In this document: piece after piece, positions 1-7,142 of the stretch | Layout of the letters: each line of letters starts with the position of its first letter | Numbering within the stretch: the first letter of the stretch is position 1 | Assembly: GCA_026625185.1 (NCBI GenBank) | Contig: CP113000.1 | Location: 1,005,622 to 1,037,621 of the forward strand | Length of the DNA: 32,000 nucleotides | DNA from: Thermodesulfobacteriota bacterium | Lineage (GTDB): Bacteria > Desulfobacterota > WTBG01 > JAGOGO01 | Direction of reading: 5' to 3' | The notes under the pieces: model-generated | Seen by the model: only the letters and a program-made list of their open reading frames with translations | Told to the model about the DNA's origin: nothing | Databases searched by the model: none | Program-made: the position numbers and the translations under genes

Positions 1-1316
1 CTTCCTTCGGGGCCGCAATAGTCCTCCATTTTCCGGCATTCGGAACATCCTCCCCCCACCTCAGTTACAAAAAATACTGGTTTTTCTCTAATGGCTTTGT
101 TGGAATATTGTGATACCGAATCATAGAGCAAGTTTTTTGACGCTGTCTCCCAAACTCGAGAACGCATGTTTACCACAATACAAAAACAACCCCGTTCTTT
201 ACATTCACTCAGTTCTATATTCAGGAAATTCGCCTCGAAGATGCTTTTAAGCCCCAGTTGCTTTGCCCGGACAAAAGGGTCATCCGCCTCCTTCAGGTTA
301 ATTGGCGCAGTTGCGTCATATTGGGAAAGCGAAGTTTTAAAAGCAGAACTGAGCATCGCGGCGGGGTCGTTTTCCTGCAGTTCCTGCTGAAGGCCTTGGA
401 TGGCGGGTTGCCATTTGTGCTCAGAGACTTCTCCGGCAATTACACCGCCGGTGAATGCTACAGGCAAATAATATACTGAATATAAAATTGCAACCGGCGG
501 GGCTGACAGATTAAGAAATGCACTGAGGTATGGATGGTCATTCACGAATTGAGAAGAACCATCGCGCTTAAAACTCAACTTCTCTAATCCTATTCCCATC
601 CCCATTGCGCTGATAATGTTCCTCCTTTTCCAATTTGGTGAATTCAACTCTTGAGTGCTGGTGGTCGTGTATCCCATGGGGACAAGTTCACCCATCGTCC
701 GGGTGGTTCTTGGTCTGCTAAGTGGTTTCATGATGACCGATGACAGTGAACCGTATTGCCTGAAAGAAGCCCGGGCAATAACTTTGGCTGATTCAGTCTG
801 GTCAATGACCTTTATCTCAGAACACTGATCTACCTGCCGGCTAATCAATCCTCTTGTGGTTTCGCATGCAGTACTTAGGGTTCCGATATAAATAACCTTA
901 TTACCCTGGGGAACTGAAAACCAAAAACTGTCGGGGGTAAAATAATGAGAGTTCTTCAAGGTATCAACTTTCGGGCTGACCTCAAGATAATAGGTGCCCG
1001 GCTCAAGCATAAAATACACCCACCCATCTTTTCGGGCTTCTGCTGAGGGAAAATCGTAAAAATTAAGATTATTCGTTGAAGAATAAAGGTTGTCACAGGT
1101 TGCTATTACCCAGTAAAATCTTCCCGACCCCTCATTTTTTTGAGAATCAATCTTCGCGGAACACCTAAACAAAACCACGGATTTTCTCTTTTCTTGAGTG
1201 ACCTCCTTAACGTTTATACCCAGGTTTGATCCAGGAGTTGCGCAGCCAAAAAGAAACATTAAAAAAGCATTCAAAGTGATAAAAGCAATTGGTCTTAACC
1301 CTGACATTTTTTTCAT
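1..1316 (-). CDS. Putative lipoprotein of unknown function (N-terminal ~438 aa; the ORF runs off the left window edge)
   Basis: Absent from the ORF track because it has no stop in the window. I checked every codon of this minus-strand frame from 1316 down to 3 and found no stop. The N-terminus MKKMSGLRPIAFITLNAFLMFLFGC has a signal peptide plus a lipobox-like LFGC. AGGAG at 1317-1321 (minus) favours the second ATG, at 1307. A sigma-54 promoter lies 64 nt upstream. I recognise no family. Confidence 0.6.
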   Translation of the reverse strand, partial: MKKMSGLRPIAFITLNAFLMFLFGCATPGSNLGINVKEVTQEKRKSVVLFRCSAKIDSQKNEGSGRFYWVIATCDNLYSSTNNLNFYDFPSAEARKDGWVYFMLEPGTYYLEVSPKVDTLKNSHYFTPDSFWFSVPQGNKVIYIGTLSTACETTRGLISRQVDQCSEIKVIDQTESAKVIARASFRQYGSLSSVIMKPLSRPRTTRTMGELVPMGYTTTSTQELNSPNWKRRNIISAMGMGIGLEKLSFKRDGSSQFVNDHPYLSAFLNLSAPPVAILYSVYYLPVAFTGGVIAGEVSEHKWQPAIQGLQQELQENDPAAMLSSAFKTSLSQYDATAPINLKEADDPFVRAKQLGLKSIFEANFLNIELSECKERGCFCIVVNMRSRVWETASKNLLYDSVSQYSNKAIREKPVFFVTEVGGGCSECRKMEDYCGPEG

Positions 1317-1379
1317 CTCCTTTCACTCTCAAAGTTTCGGATAGTTATTTTTAACTTGAGCTACCCAATGATCGAATAA

Positions 1380-1395
1380 AGCAATTGATGTGCCA
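1380..1395 (-). promoter_or_regulatory. sigma-54 (-24/-12) promoter upstream of the lipoprotein gene
   Basis: The minus strand reads TGGCACATCAATTGCT, which fits the consensus TGGCAC-N5-TTGCW at all fixed positions with correct GG/GC spacing. It lies in an intergenic region 64 nt upstream of the ATG at 1316. Confidence 0.8.
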
Positions 1396-1491
1396 GGGCA
1401 CGAAGATGTTGCTAACTTAATGATTTTGAATAAGATTATGACAAAACCCGGATCAGACTTTGAAAAGGAAGGGGGGTTTAAGGTTCATGCA

Positions 1492-1521
1492 ATGCACTAC
1501 ATCTATACAAATTTTGTATAG
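1492..1521 (-). promoter_or_regulatory. Candidate enhancer (UAS) for a sigma-54 activator
   Basis: ATGCA-N7-TATACAAATTTTG (plus strand 1492-1516) lies inside the near-perfect palindrome CTATACAAATTTTGTATAG (1503-1521). It starts 109 bp upstream of the -24 element. The same 18 fixed bases recur 108 bp upstream of the second sigma-54 promoter. Confidence 0.6.
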
Positions 1522-1575
1522 CACTGAGGTGTCTTCTGGAGGGAGTCGTTCGGAATGTTCCGCATGTTCACGGAA

Positions 1576-2343
1576 CTAGAAATCGGAGGCCAGTGACCTG
1601 AGCTTAAGCATGCGGAGAAGCCAGTGGGCTCCAAAGGCAGCAAACAAATGTTTGAGTGTATGACCGCTCAATATTCCACCGAAAGCGTAGAGAAAGCTAT
1701 CAAAATGCTCTGCCAGTTTTGCCGCGAGGTAAGCCAGCAGCACGACATATAAATCTCTGCTTCGGGTGTAGGGTGACTTATAGGTAATAATAATGAACGG
1801 GATGAGCAGCATGGGCAAAAACTGCACCAGCGCGTAGGGTCTCAAATCGCCTGCCCCTGATTGTTCCGACCAATGCCAATAAAGCACGCTGCCACAACCC
1901 AAGACTATCAGGGGCCATAGCATCACCCTGCCTAATTTTTCGTGCAGATGTTCAGTGATAATCACGCTGAAAAACGCCATAAACGAAAGGGCCATGGGCA
2001 GCCGGTCCCAAAACAGGGTACTGGTGTTCGGATTAAGGTGATAATACGCCGAACCTAAACCGATCAAACAAACTCCCAGGAAGAATAACAGGTATGCGCT
2101 ATAGGCAGGGGTATCAAAGCCAACCCATTTTTTCTTAATGCCGGCAATCGTCCCGATAAGACCCACCATAAAAAGCGGAATATTCGAAATCACATTCCAA
2201 AAATTGGGAATTCCAAGCATCACCCGCCGGTCAGCAAAATGATGATACGCCTCGTCCTGGGGAATCGGCTTAACAAAAAACATGGCGGAAAAAGCAACGA
2301 GGCATATAAAAAGAAAAATGAGGAGTTTTATTTTTTGGCTCAT
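1576..2343 (-). CDS. Ceramidase-like (alkaline phytoceramidase family) polytopic membrane protein
   Basis: ORF 1576-2415, trimmed to the internal MSQKIKLL start at 2343. It is multi-TM with motifs I associate with bacterial PF05875-type proteins: AYHHFADRR..GIPNFWNV.SN, GSAYYHL.P, WDRLPM, LRPYALVQFLP and SGHTLKHL. Confidence 0.7.
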   Translation of the reverse strand: MSQKIKLLIFLFICLVAFSAMFFVKPIPQDEAYHHFADRRVMLGIPNFWNVISNIPLFMVGLIGTIAGIKKKWVGFDTPAYSAYLLFFLGVCLIGLGSAYYHLNPNTSTLFWDRLPMALSFMAFFSVIITEHLHEKLGRVMLWPLIVLGCGSVLYWHWSEQSGAGDLRPYALVQFLPMLLIPFIIITYKSPYTRSRDLYVVLLAYLAAKLAEHFDSFLYAFGGILSGHTLKHLFAAFGAHWLLRMLKLRSLASDF

Positions 2344-2437
2344 ATAGATTGCAGTGTTTCTCTTGTTAATAACGCCTATCCCGTTAATCATCATTATATC
2401 TCTTTTTCCCCTCACCTAAAACAAATTTAATTTGTTA

Positions 2438-3211
2438 TCAATCAGTTGTTCTCATAAACTGACCCTGCCTGATAAAGTTGAGAATTTGTTTTCGCACGTC
2501 CCGATGATTCAGGATAAAGGTATGCTGATGATGGACAACGATGAAGTCTTTCATTTCTTCTAACCGGGCGCTTTCTACAGAAACCCTTCCATCATCCGCC
2601 CCGGGAATGGCAGAAGAGAACCAGGGATTCCCCGGGTTATCACCGGCGATGATTCCAATTTCATAGGGTAACGGCTTTAATGTCCAGACAAGCGCCTTTT
2701 TGTCTGTCCCGATCTGCTGTGCCGCCGGACCGGCAATAATCCCGCATAAGCTCTCCGATTCTTCCTTAAACCGGTCCACCAGCCCACTTCCCTTGTTCGG
2801 GTGACCCACCATAACAATTCTTCCGACATTGGCTATTTTTTTATCCTGGAGGTAATAACGCAGCACTATGCCACCCAGCGAATGGGTTACAAAATGAACC
2901 CGGTCATATTTCCGGAGACACTGCTCGATTTCTTTTCCAACATACTTTGTCGAAATGGTCTGGATATTTTTCGTGACGCTTGGATAGCCGATAATGTAAA
3001 CGTCATACCCCGCTGACTTCAAAAATTTCTCTAATGGTTTAAAAAAGTATTTATTGGACCAGAGACCGTGAAGCACAACAATACACTCCTTTTGGCTTGC
3101 GTAAACCGGCGACCACCAAAGCACCATAAAGGCAAAAATGACTACATAGATTAGGCTATTTTTCAAAACATCTCTTCCTTTTTTGTGAATAATGTAACCT
3201 TCTGGTCTCAT
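2438..3211 (-). CDS. Secreted or membrane-anchored alpha/beta hydrolase (lipase/esterase-like)
   Basis: The N-terminus has a hydrophobic anchor. A VVLHG oxyanion-type motif and the nucleophile elbow HSLGG (GxSxG) are present. Length is about 250 aa. Confidence 0.75.
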   Translation of the reverse strand: MRPEGYIIHKKGRDVLKNSLIYVVIFAFMVLWWSPVYASQKECIVVLHGLWSNKYFFKPLEKFLKSAGYDVYIIGYPSVTKNIQTISTKYVGKEIEQCLRKYDRVHFVTHSLGGIVLRYYLQDKKIANVGRIVMVGHPNKGSGLVDRFKEESESLCGIIAGPAAQQIGTDKKALVWTLKPLPYEIGIIAGDNPGNPWFSSAIPGADDGRVSVESARLEEMKDFIVVHHQHTFILNHRDVRKQILNFIRQGQFMRTTD

Positions 3212-3259
3212 AAGTAAATAATATCCCCATTCCCTCTTCCCGAATAATTTCTTCTTTTG

Positions 3260-4630
3260 TTATGCTTTACTAAGCTGAGGCACCAGATCAAAAATTAATT
3301 TTCTCTCTTTTGCTGGGTTCCAGCCTTTTATATTCCAACAAACCGTACGTCCATAGTAAGCAAAATTGATTGCTGCATGGTAAAGTAATGATGCTAATCC
3401 CCGCGGCCGTTGTGCCTGTCTGGTCAGACGCCTCGCAATCCGCCAGGGGCGATAAAATTCGTACGTTACCCAATCATGCCCCGCTTGCAATGCTTCCGCC
3501 GACATGCCCTGTGGCTGGAAGACCACATTATGAAAATCATAATGAGACCAGTTCCGGTCAAAAATCCGGGAGCTCATGGCTTCAAACCGGGGAGTGCCGG
3601 GCAACGGCGTAAAGATAGAAGCCTGAATTAAATCCACCTCCAGATCATCAAGGAGTTGCAAGGTCCGTTTAAATACCGCAGGGCCGTCGCCGTCAAAACC
3701 AAACACAATCCCCGCTTCCACGCCGATACCATGAGAATGCAGGAGGCGAATCGCTTCCCGATATTTTTCCACCCGGTGAAAACCTTTGTTCACTGCCTCC
3801 AGGTTGCCATCCGAAAAGGTTTCTAAGCCGACAAAAAGGCCGATGCAGCCGGCTTTTGCCATGAGGCGGACAAAGTCGGGATCATCCACTATGCCGAGGG
3901 TCGACTGCGTTACCCATTTTTTCCGCAAAGGCACCAGCGCGTTAAATAGATTCCGGGCGTAGTCTCGATCCGCGGTCAGGTTGTCATCAACCAGAATAAA
4001 AAAACGACCGGGAATTTCCGCTATTTCGTTTGCCACCTCTTCCACCAGACGCCGCCGTTGGGTGTGATGGGAAGCAGCCGAAATAGAACAAAAGTCGCAT
4101 TGATTCTCACAGCCCCTGGTCGCCTGCACTGCCTGAATGGTAGCGTAATGCTTTCCCTGAAGGAGGTGACGAGGCGGTCGCTTAAGCCCCCGCAACTGGC
4201 AGGGGTAATCATTCCGGTAAATACCGCGTAACTGTCCAGCTTGCGCATCAGCGATAACCTTTAGCCAGACTCCCTCGGCATCTCCTGACACAACCGCATC
4301 CGCGTAATTAAGCGCTTCTTCCGCGCAGAGAGTCGGATGCATGCCGCCGAGTACAACCGGAATATTCCTTTTGCGAAATTCAGCCGCGATTTCATAAGCC
4401 CGCGGCGCAAGCGCTGTCATGCAGGTGATGCCTACTAAATCAACTTGTGCGTCCCACGGGACCTCTTCAATCTGTTCATCAATAATTTTAATATCCACAT
4501 CAGGCGGGGTTTCCGCGGCTACGGTTAAAAGGCTTAACATTGAGAACCGGAAGGTCTTGCCGTTAAAAATTCTGTTTTTTCCCACCTTCCGCCACCTTCC
4601 ACTTGCAGGAGCAATTAAAAGAACCTTCAT
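3260..4630 (-). CDS. B12-binding-domain radical SAM enzyme (class B), substrate unknown
   Basis: The CxxxCxxC cluster motif is CENQCDFC. The N-terminus is a Rossmann-like B12-binding region (MKVLLIAP...VGITCMT...VVLGGMHPT). AGGAGG sits 6 nt upstream of the second ATG (4630), so the 4636 start is disfavoured. Confidence 0.85.
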   Translation of the reverse strand: MKVLLIAPASGRWRKVGKNRIFNGKTFRFSMLSLLTVAAETPPDVDIKIIDEQIEEVPWDAQVDLVGITCMTALAPRAYEIAAEFRKRNIPVVLGGMHPTLCAEEALNYADAVVSGDAEGVWLKVIADAQAGQLRGIYRNDYPCQLRGLKRPPRHLLQGKHYATIQAVQATRGCENQCDFCSISAASHHTQRRRLVEEVANEIAEIPGRFFILVDDNLTADRDYARNLFNALVPLRKKWVTQSTLGIVDDPDFVRLMAKAGCIGLFVGLETFSDGNLEAVNKGFHRVEKYREAIRLLHSHGIGVEAGIVFGFDGDGPAVFKRTLQLLDDLEVDLIQASIFTPLPGTPRFEAMSSRIFDRNWSHYDFHNVVFQPQGMSAEALQAGHDWVTYEFYRPWRIARRLTRQAQRPRGLASLLYHAAINFAYYGRTVCWNIKGWNPAKERKLIFDLVPQLSKA

Positions 4631-4679
4631 GATCATCCTCCTTTGGTTATATCGTTTTACGTCAGTTACTCACCAAAAG

Positions 4680-4695
4680 AGCAATGACCGTGCCA
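4680..4695 (-). promoter_or_regulatory. sigma-54 (-24/-12) promoter upstream of the radical SAM gene
   Basis: The minus strand reads TGGCACGGTCATTGCT, a full match to TGGCACG-N4-TTGCW. It is intergenic, about 50 nt upstream of the start at 4630. Confidence 0.85.
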
Positions 4696-4790
4696 GACCG
4701 AATAGTTACGCTTAACAATTTGAATATATTATATATTTAATGGCAGGTTAGTCATTGGCAAATAAGCAGCAAAGAGGATATGATCATTTT

Positions 4791-4822
4791 ATGCAGGAAG
4801 GTTATACAAATTTTGCAGGAAG
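4791..4822 (-). promoter_or_regulatory. Candidate enhancer (UAS) for a sigma-54 activator
   Basis: ATGCA-N7-TATACAAATTTTG (4791-4815) is identical in its fixed bases to the element at 1492-1516. It starts 108 bp upstream of the -24 element. It is embedded in two TGCAGGAAG direct repeats (4792-4800 and 4814-4822) that are 22 bp apart. Confidence 0.6.
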
Positions 4823-5047
4823 AAAGCGATGATGTTGTTGAAAAAACCTTTTGTTGACTTTGCCTCTTCAAAGGATTAAAAAATAAATAATTTATCAATT
4901 CCCAGAAAAAAATAATCGCAGTACAATAATGGGGGCCGCGGAGGAAGGAGATTCCATGAGTGACGAGAATAAAATAAGGCCGAATTACTAAGAATAAAGG
5001 TGATGGGCCTTTTTTACTTTAATGTAAAACCATGATACGAGCTTTGC

Positions 5048-6085
5048 ATGGATAAAAAAGAACAGAATAACTCCCAGTTAGTTTTATATCAGACCGAAGA
5101 CGGCAAGGCACGCATAGAAGTGCGCTTACAGGATGAGACAGTATGGCTCACTCAAAAGATGATGGCTGATCTATTTCAGGTTGCGGTGCCTACTATCAAT
5201 GAGCATATAAAAAATATTTTGGCCGAAGGGGAACTGGTGTCCAAGGCAACTATTAGGAAATTCCTAATAGTTCAAAAAGAAGGCTCTCGGGAGGTATCGC
5301 GTAACGTTGATTTTTTCAACCTCGAAATGATCGTGGCAGTTGGATTTCGTGTCCGGTCACAAAGAGGAACACAGTTTCGTAAATGGGCGATAGATCGTCT
5401 TAATGAGTATATGGTTAAAGGTTTTATCATGGATGACGAACGCCTGAAAGCGGGCATTAATATAGGATCGGATTATTTTGATGAGATGCTGGAACGCATT
5501 CGGGACATCCGTTCCAGCGAGAAGCGGTTTTACCAGAAGATTCGCGATATTTATAAGCTTGCTGTTGATTATGATCCACAAGCGGAAGAAACGCTGGAAT
5601 TTTTTAGTATTGTAAAAAATAAGCTTCATTTCGCTATTTCAGGCAAAACAGCGGCTGAATTGATCTCAGAGCGTGCTGACGCCGCTAAACCCAATATGGG
5701 GCTGAGTTCATGGAGAGGGGCTAAGGTGCGCAGAACAGATGTAACGGTTGCCAAGAATTACCTTAATGAAGCGGAAATGGAAGGATTAAATCGCATTGTC
5801 ACGATGTATCTGGATTTCGCGGAAGATCAGGCAAAACGTCACCGCCAGATTTTCATGCGTGATTGGCGGGCGAAGCTGGATGCTTTTTTAAAATTTAACG
5901 ATCGTGAAATCTTGAAAGATCCCGGCAAGGTGAGCAAGGAGATTGCGGATGCGCTGGCTCTGGAACAGTATGAAATCTTTAACCGCAACAGATTAGCGGT
6001 AGAAGCTGAGCAAGAAGCTATTGCCGATGATAAAGAATTGAAACAGATTCAGAGCAAGATTGAAAAGGGGAAGAGAAAGAAATAA
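5048..6085 (+). CDS. rhuM: RhuM-family protein (virulence/defence-island-associated, DNA-binding-type N-terminus)
   Basis: 345 aa. The N-terminus (LVLYQTEDGKARIEVRLQDETVWLTQKMMADLFQV...INEHIKNILAEGEL) and the central SEKRFYQKIRDIY and MGLSSW motifs match my recollection of the RhuM family (PF13310). Confidence 0.75.
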   Translation: MDKKEQNNSQLVLYQTEDGKARIEVRLQDETVWLTQKMMADLFQVAVPTINEHIKNILAEGELVSKATIRKFLIVQKEGSREVSRNVDFFNLEMIVAVGFRVRSQRGTQFRKWAIDRLNEYMVKGFIMDDERLKAGINIGSDYFDEMLERIRDIRSSEKRFYQKIRDIYKLAVDYDPQAEETLEFFSIVKNKLHFAISGKTAAELISERADAAKPNMGLSSWRGAKVRRTDVTVAKNYLNEAEMEGLNRIVTMYLDFAEDQAKRHRQIFMRDWRAKLDAFLKFNDREILKDPGKVSKEIADALALEQYEIFNRNRLAVEAEQEAIADDKELKQIQSKIEKGKRKK

Positions 6086-6273
6086 TGATAGGCCTTTTTT
6101 TGTTTTGGGACTCAGCTTAGTTGGCGGCTTCGAACCGGCTTATACAGTCTGTAGAAGACCGAAGCTATCAAAACAACAAAATGGTTTAACATTTTAATAT
6201 TATGTGATATTTATAATTTTTCAAGAAAACACGGAAACGTCTTATACAGAAGGCAACCGTCTTTGTTTGCAGT

Positions 6274-6292
6274 ATTATACAGACTGTATAAT
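6274..6292 (+). promoter_or_regulatory. 19-bp perfect palindrome overlapping a TATAAT box (candidate operator/promoter for cassette 1)
   Basis: ATTATACAGACTGTATAAT has 9-bp arms and a 1-nt centre. TATAAT lies at 6287-6292, and TTGTTT lies 18 nt upstream of it. The palindrome ends 5 nt before the proposed cassette boundary. Confidence 0.4.
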
Positions 6293-6297
6293 CTATG

Positions 6298-7136
6298 TTC
6301 GGTATAAAAAAATGGAAAAAAATACTATACAAACTCTTAAAGGTCATTTGTTGGCAGCACGAGCTCTTAAAGACTCGATGGAGAAGTCGCTTGCGTCAAC
6401 TTCAAAGGATAACGTCTGGAAATATGCTAGTTTCAAATCGTATATGTCAACATACCAGAGCATTGTTGCACAAGTATCGACCATAATAAATATCACTGCG
6501 CCTATTGGTGTCTGGGATTTACAAAAAATTCGTGGTTCTCACGATACAACAACCATACAACAACAGGAATTTTTTGAATCAGTTTATGCAAATCTAAACA
6601 TTCTTATCTCATTCATTGAACATTCTATCGATCTTAAGGGCGACGAAATAAGAAGCCTTTGTGATTTTTTTCAGGCAAATCTTAGAAGAGCCGTCTTTGT
6701 AGAACCAGATAAAGAGAAAGAGATACAAGATGTTGTGGAGCAACTGCTGATCGGAAAAGGCTTTGCAAAAGGGATTGACTATGACCGAGAAACCGGCCGC
6801 GTTAAGGTTTCAATTAAGGAAGTAGTTCCTGATTTTATATTGCCGAGATTGTCAATGGCTATAGAGGTCAAGCTGTCAAAAGACAAATCTAAAAGCAAAT
6901 CTATCGTTGACGAGATCAATGCAGATATTCAAGCATACAGCAAGAAATATTCATCTACACTTTTTATCGTTTATGACCTCGGTTCTATTCAAGATGAATT
7001 TGCTTTCAAACATGGCCTTGAAACCATTGATGGGAATATTAGAATAGTCATCGTTAAACATTGAACAATACCGAACAATCGGTTTAACATGGATTGCAAT
7101 TCCGCTGCGCTGCATTGCAACCAGTGAACCGAAACG
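6298..7136 (+). mobile_element. Integron-type gene cassette 1 (PD-(D/E)XK-like ORF plus attC)
   Basis: The left boundary G|TTCGGT (6297-6303) is the exact reverse complement of ACCGAAC (7070-7076), the R'' of the hairpin site after the ORF. The right boundary is G|TT within GTTAGGC (7136-7142). The ORF starts 14 nt inside the boundary. Confidence 0.55.
6312..7064 (+). CDS. Orphan protein with a helical N-terminal domain and a C-terminal PD-(D/E)XK nuclease-like core
   Basis: I use the ATG at 6312 (MEKNTIQ); the 6204 start in the track reads through the promoter/palindrome region. The C-terminal motif is E(VVEQLL)...VVPDFILPRLSMAIEVKL, that is D-x11-E-x-K, with flanking beta-strand-like segments (STLFIVYDLG, IRIVIVKH). 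I recognise no family. Confidence 0.6.
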   Translation: MEKNTIQTLKGHLLAARALKDSMEKSLASTSKDNVWKYASFKSYMSTYQSIVAQVSTIINITAPIGVWDLQKIRGSHDTTTIQQQEFFESVYANLNILISFIEHSIDLKGDEIRSLCDFFQANLRRAVFVEPDKEKEIQDVVEQLLIGKGFAKGIDYDRETGRVKVSIKEVVPDFILPRLSMAIEVKLSKDKSKSKSIVDEINADIQAYSKKYSSTLFIVYDLGSIQDEFAFKHGLETIDGNIRIVIVKH

Positions 7137-7142
7137 TTAGGC
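7070..7142 (+). other. attC-like recombination site 1
   Basis: R'' is ACCGAAC (7070-7076) and R' is GTTAGGC (7136-7142). Between them is an imperfect hairpin: 7080-7084 pairs with 7127-7131, 7088-7092 with 7121-7126 (one bulge), and 7094-7100 with 7114-7120. Bases are bulged on both arms, and 3- to 4-nt unpaired spacers sit next to the R boxes. The site starts 6 nt after the ORF stop. Confidence 0.55.

Noticed and set aside
166-479. Plus-strand ORFs 166-390 and 258-479
   Set aside because: They lie antisense within the long uninterrupted minus-strand lipoprotein ORF (1-1316). They have no RBS and low-complexity products, so they are shadow ORFs.
4741-4760. TGGCAGGTTAGTCATTGGCA on the plus strand, considered as a sigma-54 promoter
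   Set aside because: There is no TTGC at the -12 position, and it points toward no nearby start codon.
6111-6161. tRNA-like 3' fragment on the minus strand. It has a T-arm-like GCCGG-TTCGAAG-CCGCC, a 5-nt variable region and a 5-bp stem with a 7-nt loop whose middle triplet is CTA. It could be an att-site remnant or an amber suppressor.
   Set aside because: No acceptor-stem partner or D-arm can be formed from the upstream 30 nt. The T-stem has a C-C mismatch, and loop position 37 is a pyrimidine. No matching repeat is visible at the other end of the island. It needs tRNAscan-SE or ARAGORN to revisit.
6204-6311. N-terminal extension of the cassette-1 ORF (track start at 6204)
   Set aside because: The extension reads through the TTATACAG palindrome/TATAAT region and across the proposed cassette boundary at 6297. 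The ATG at 6312 (MEKNTIQ) is the first start inside the cassette.
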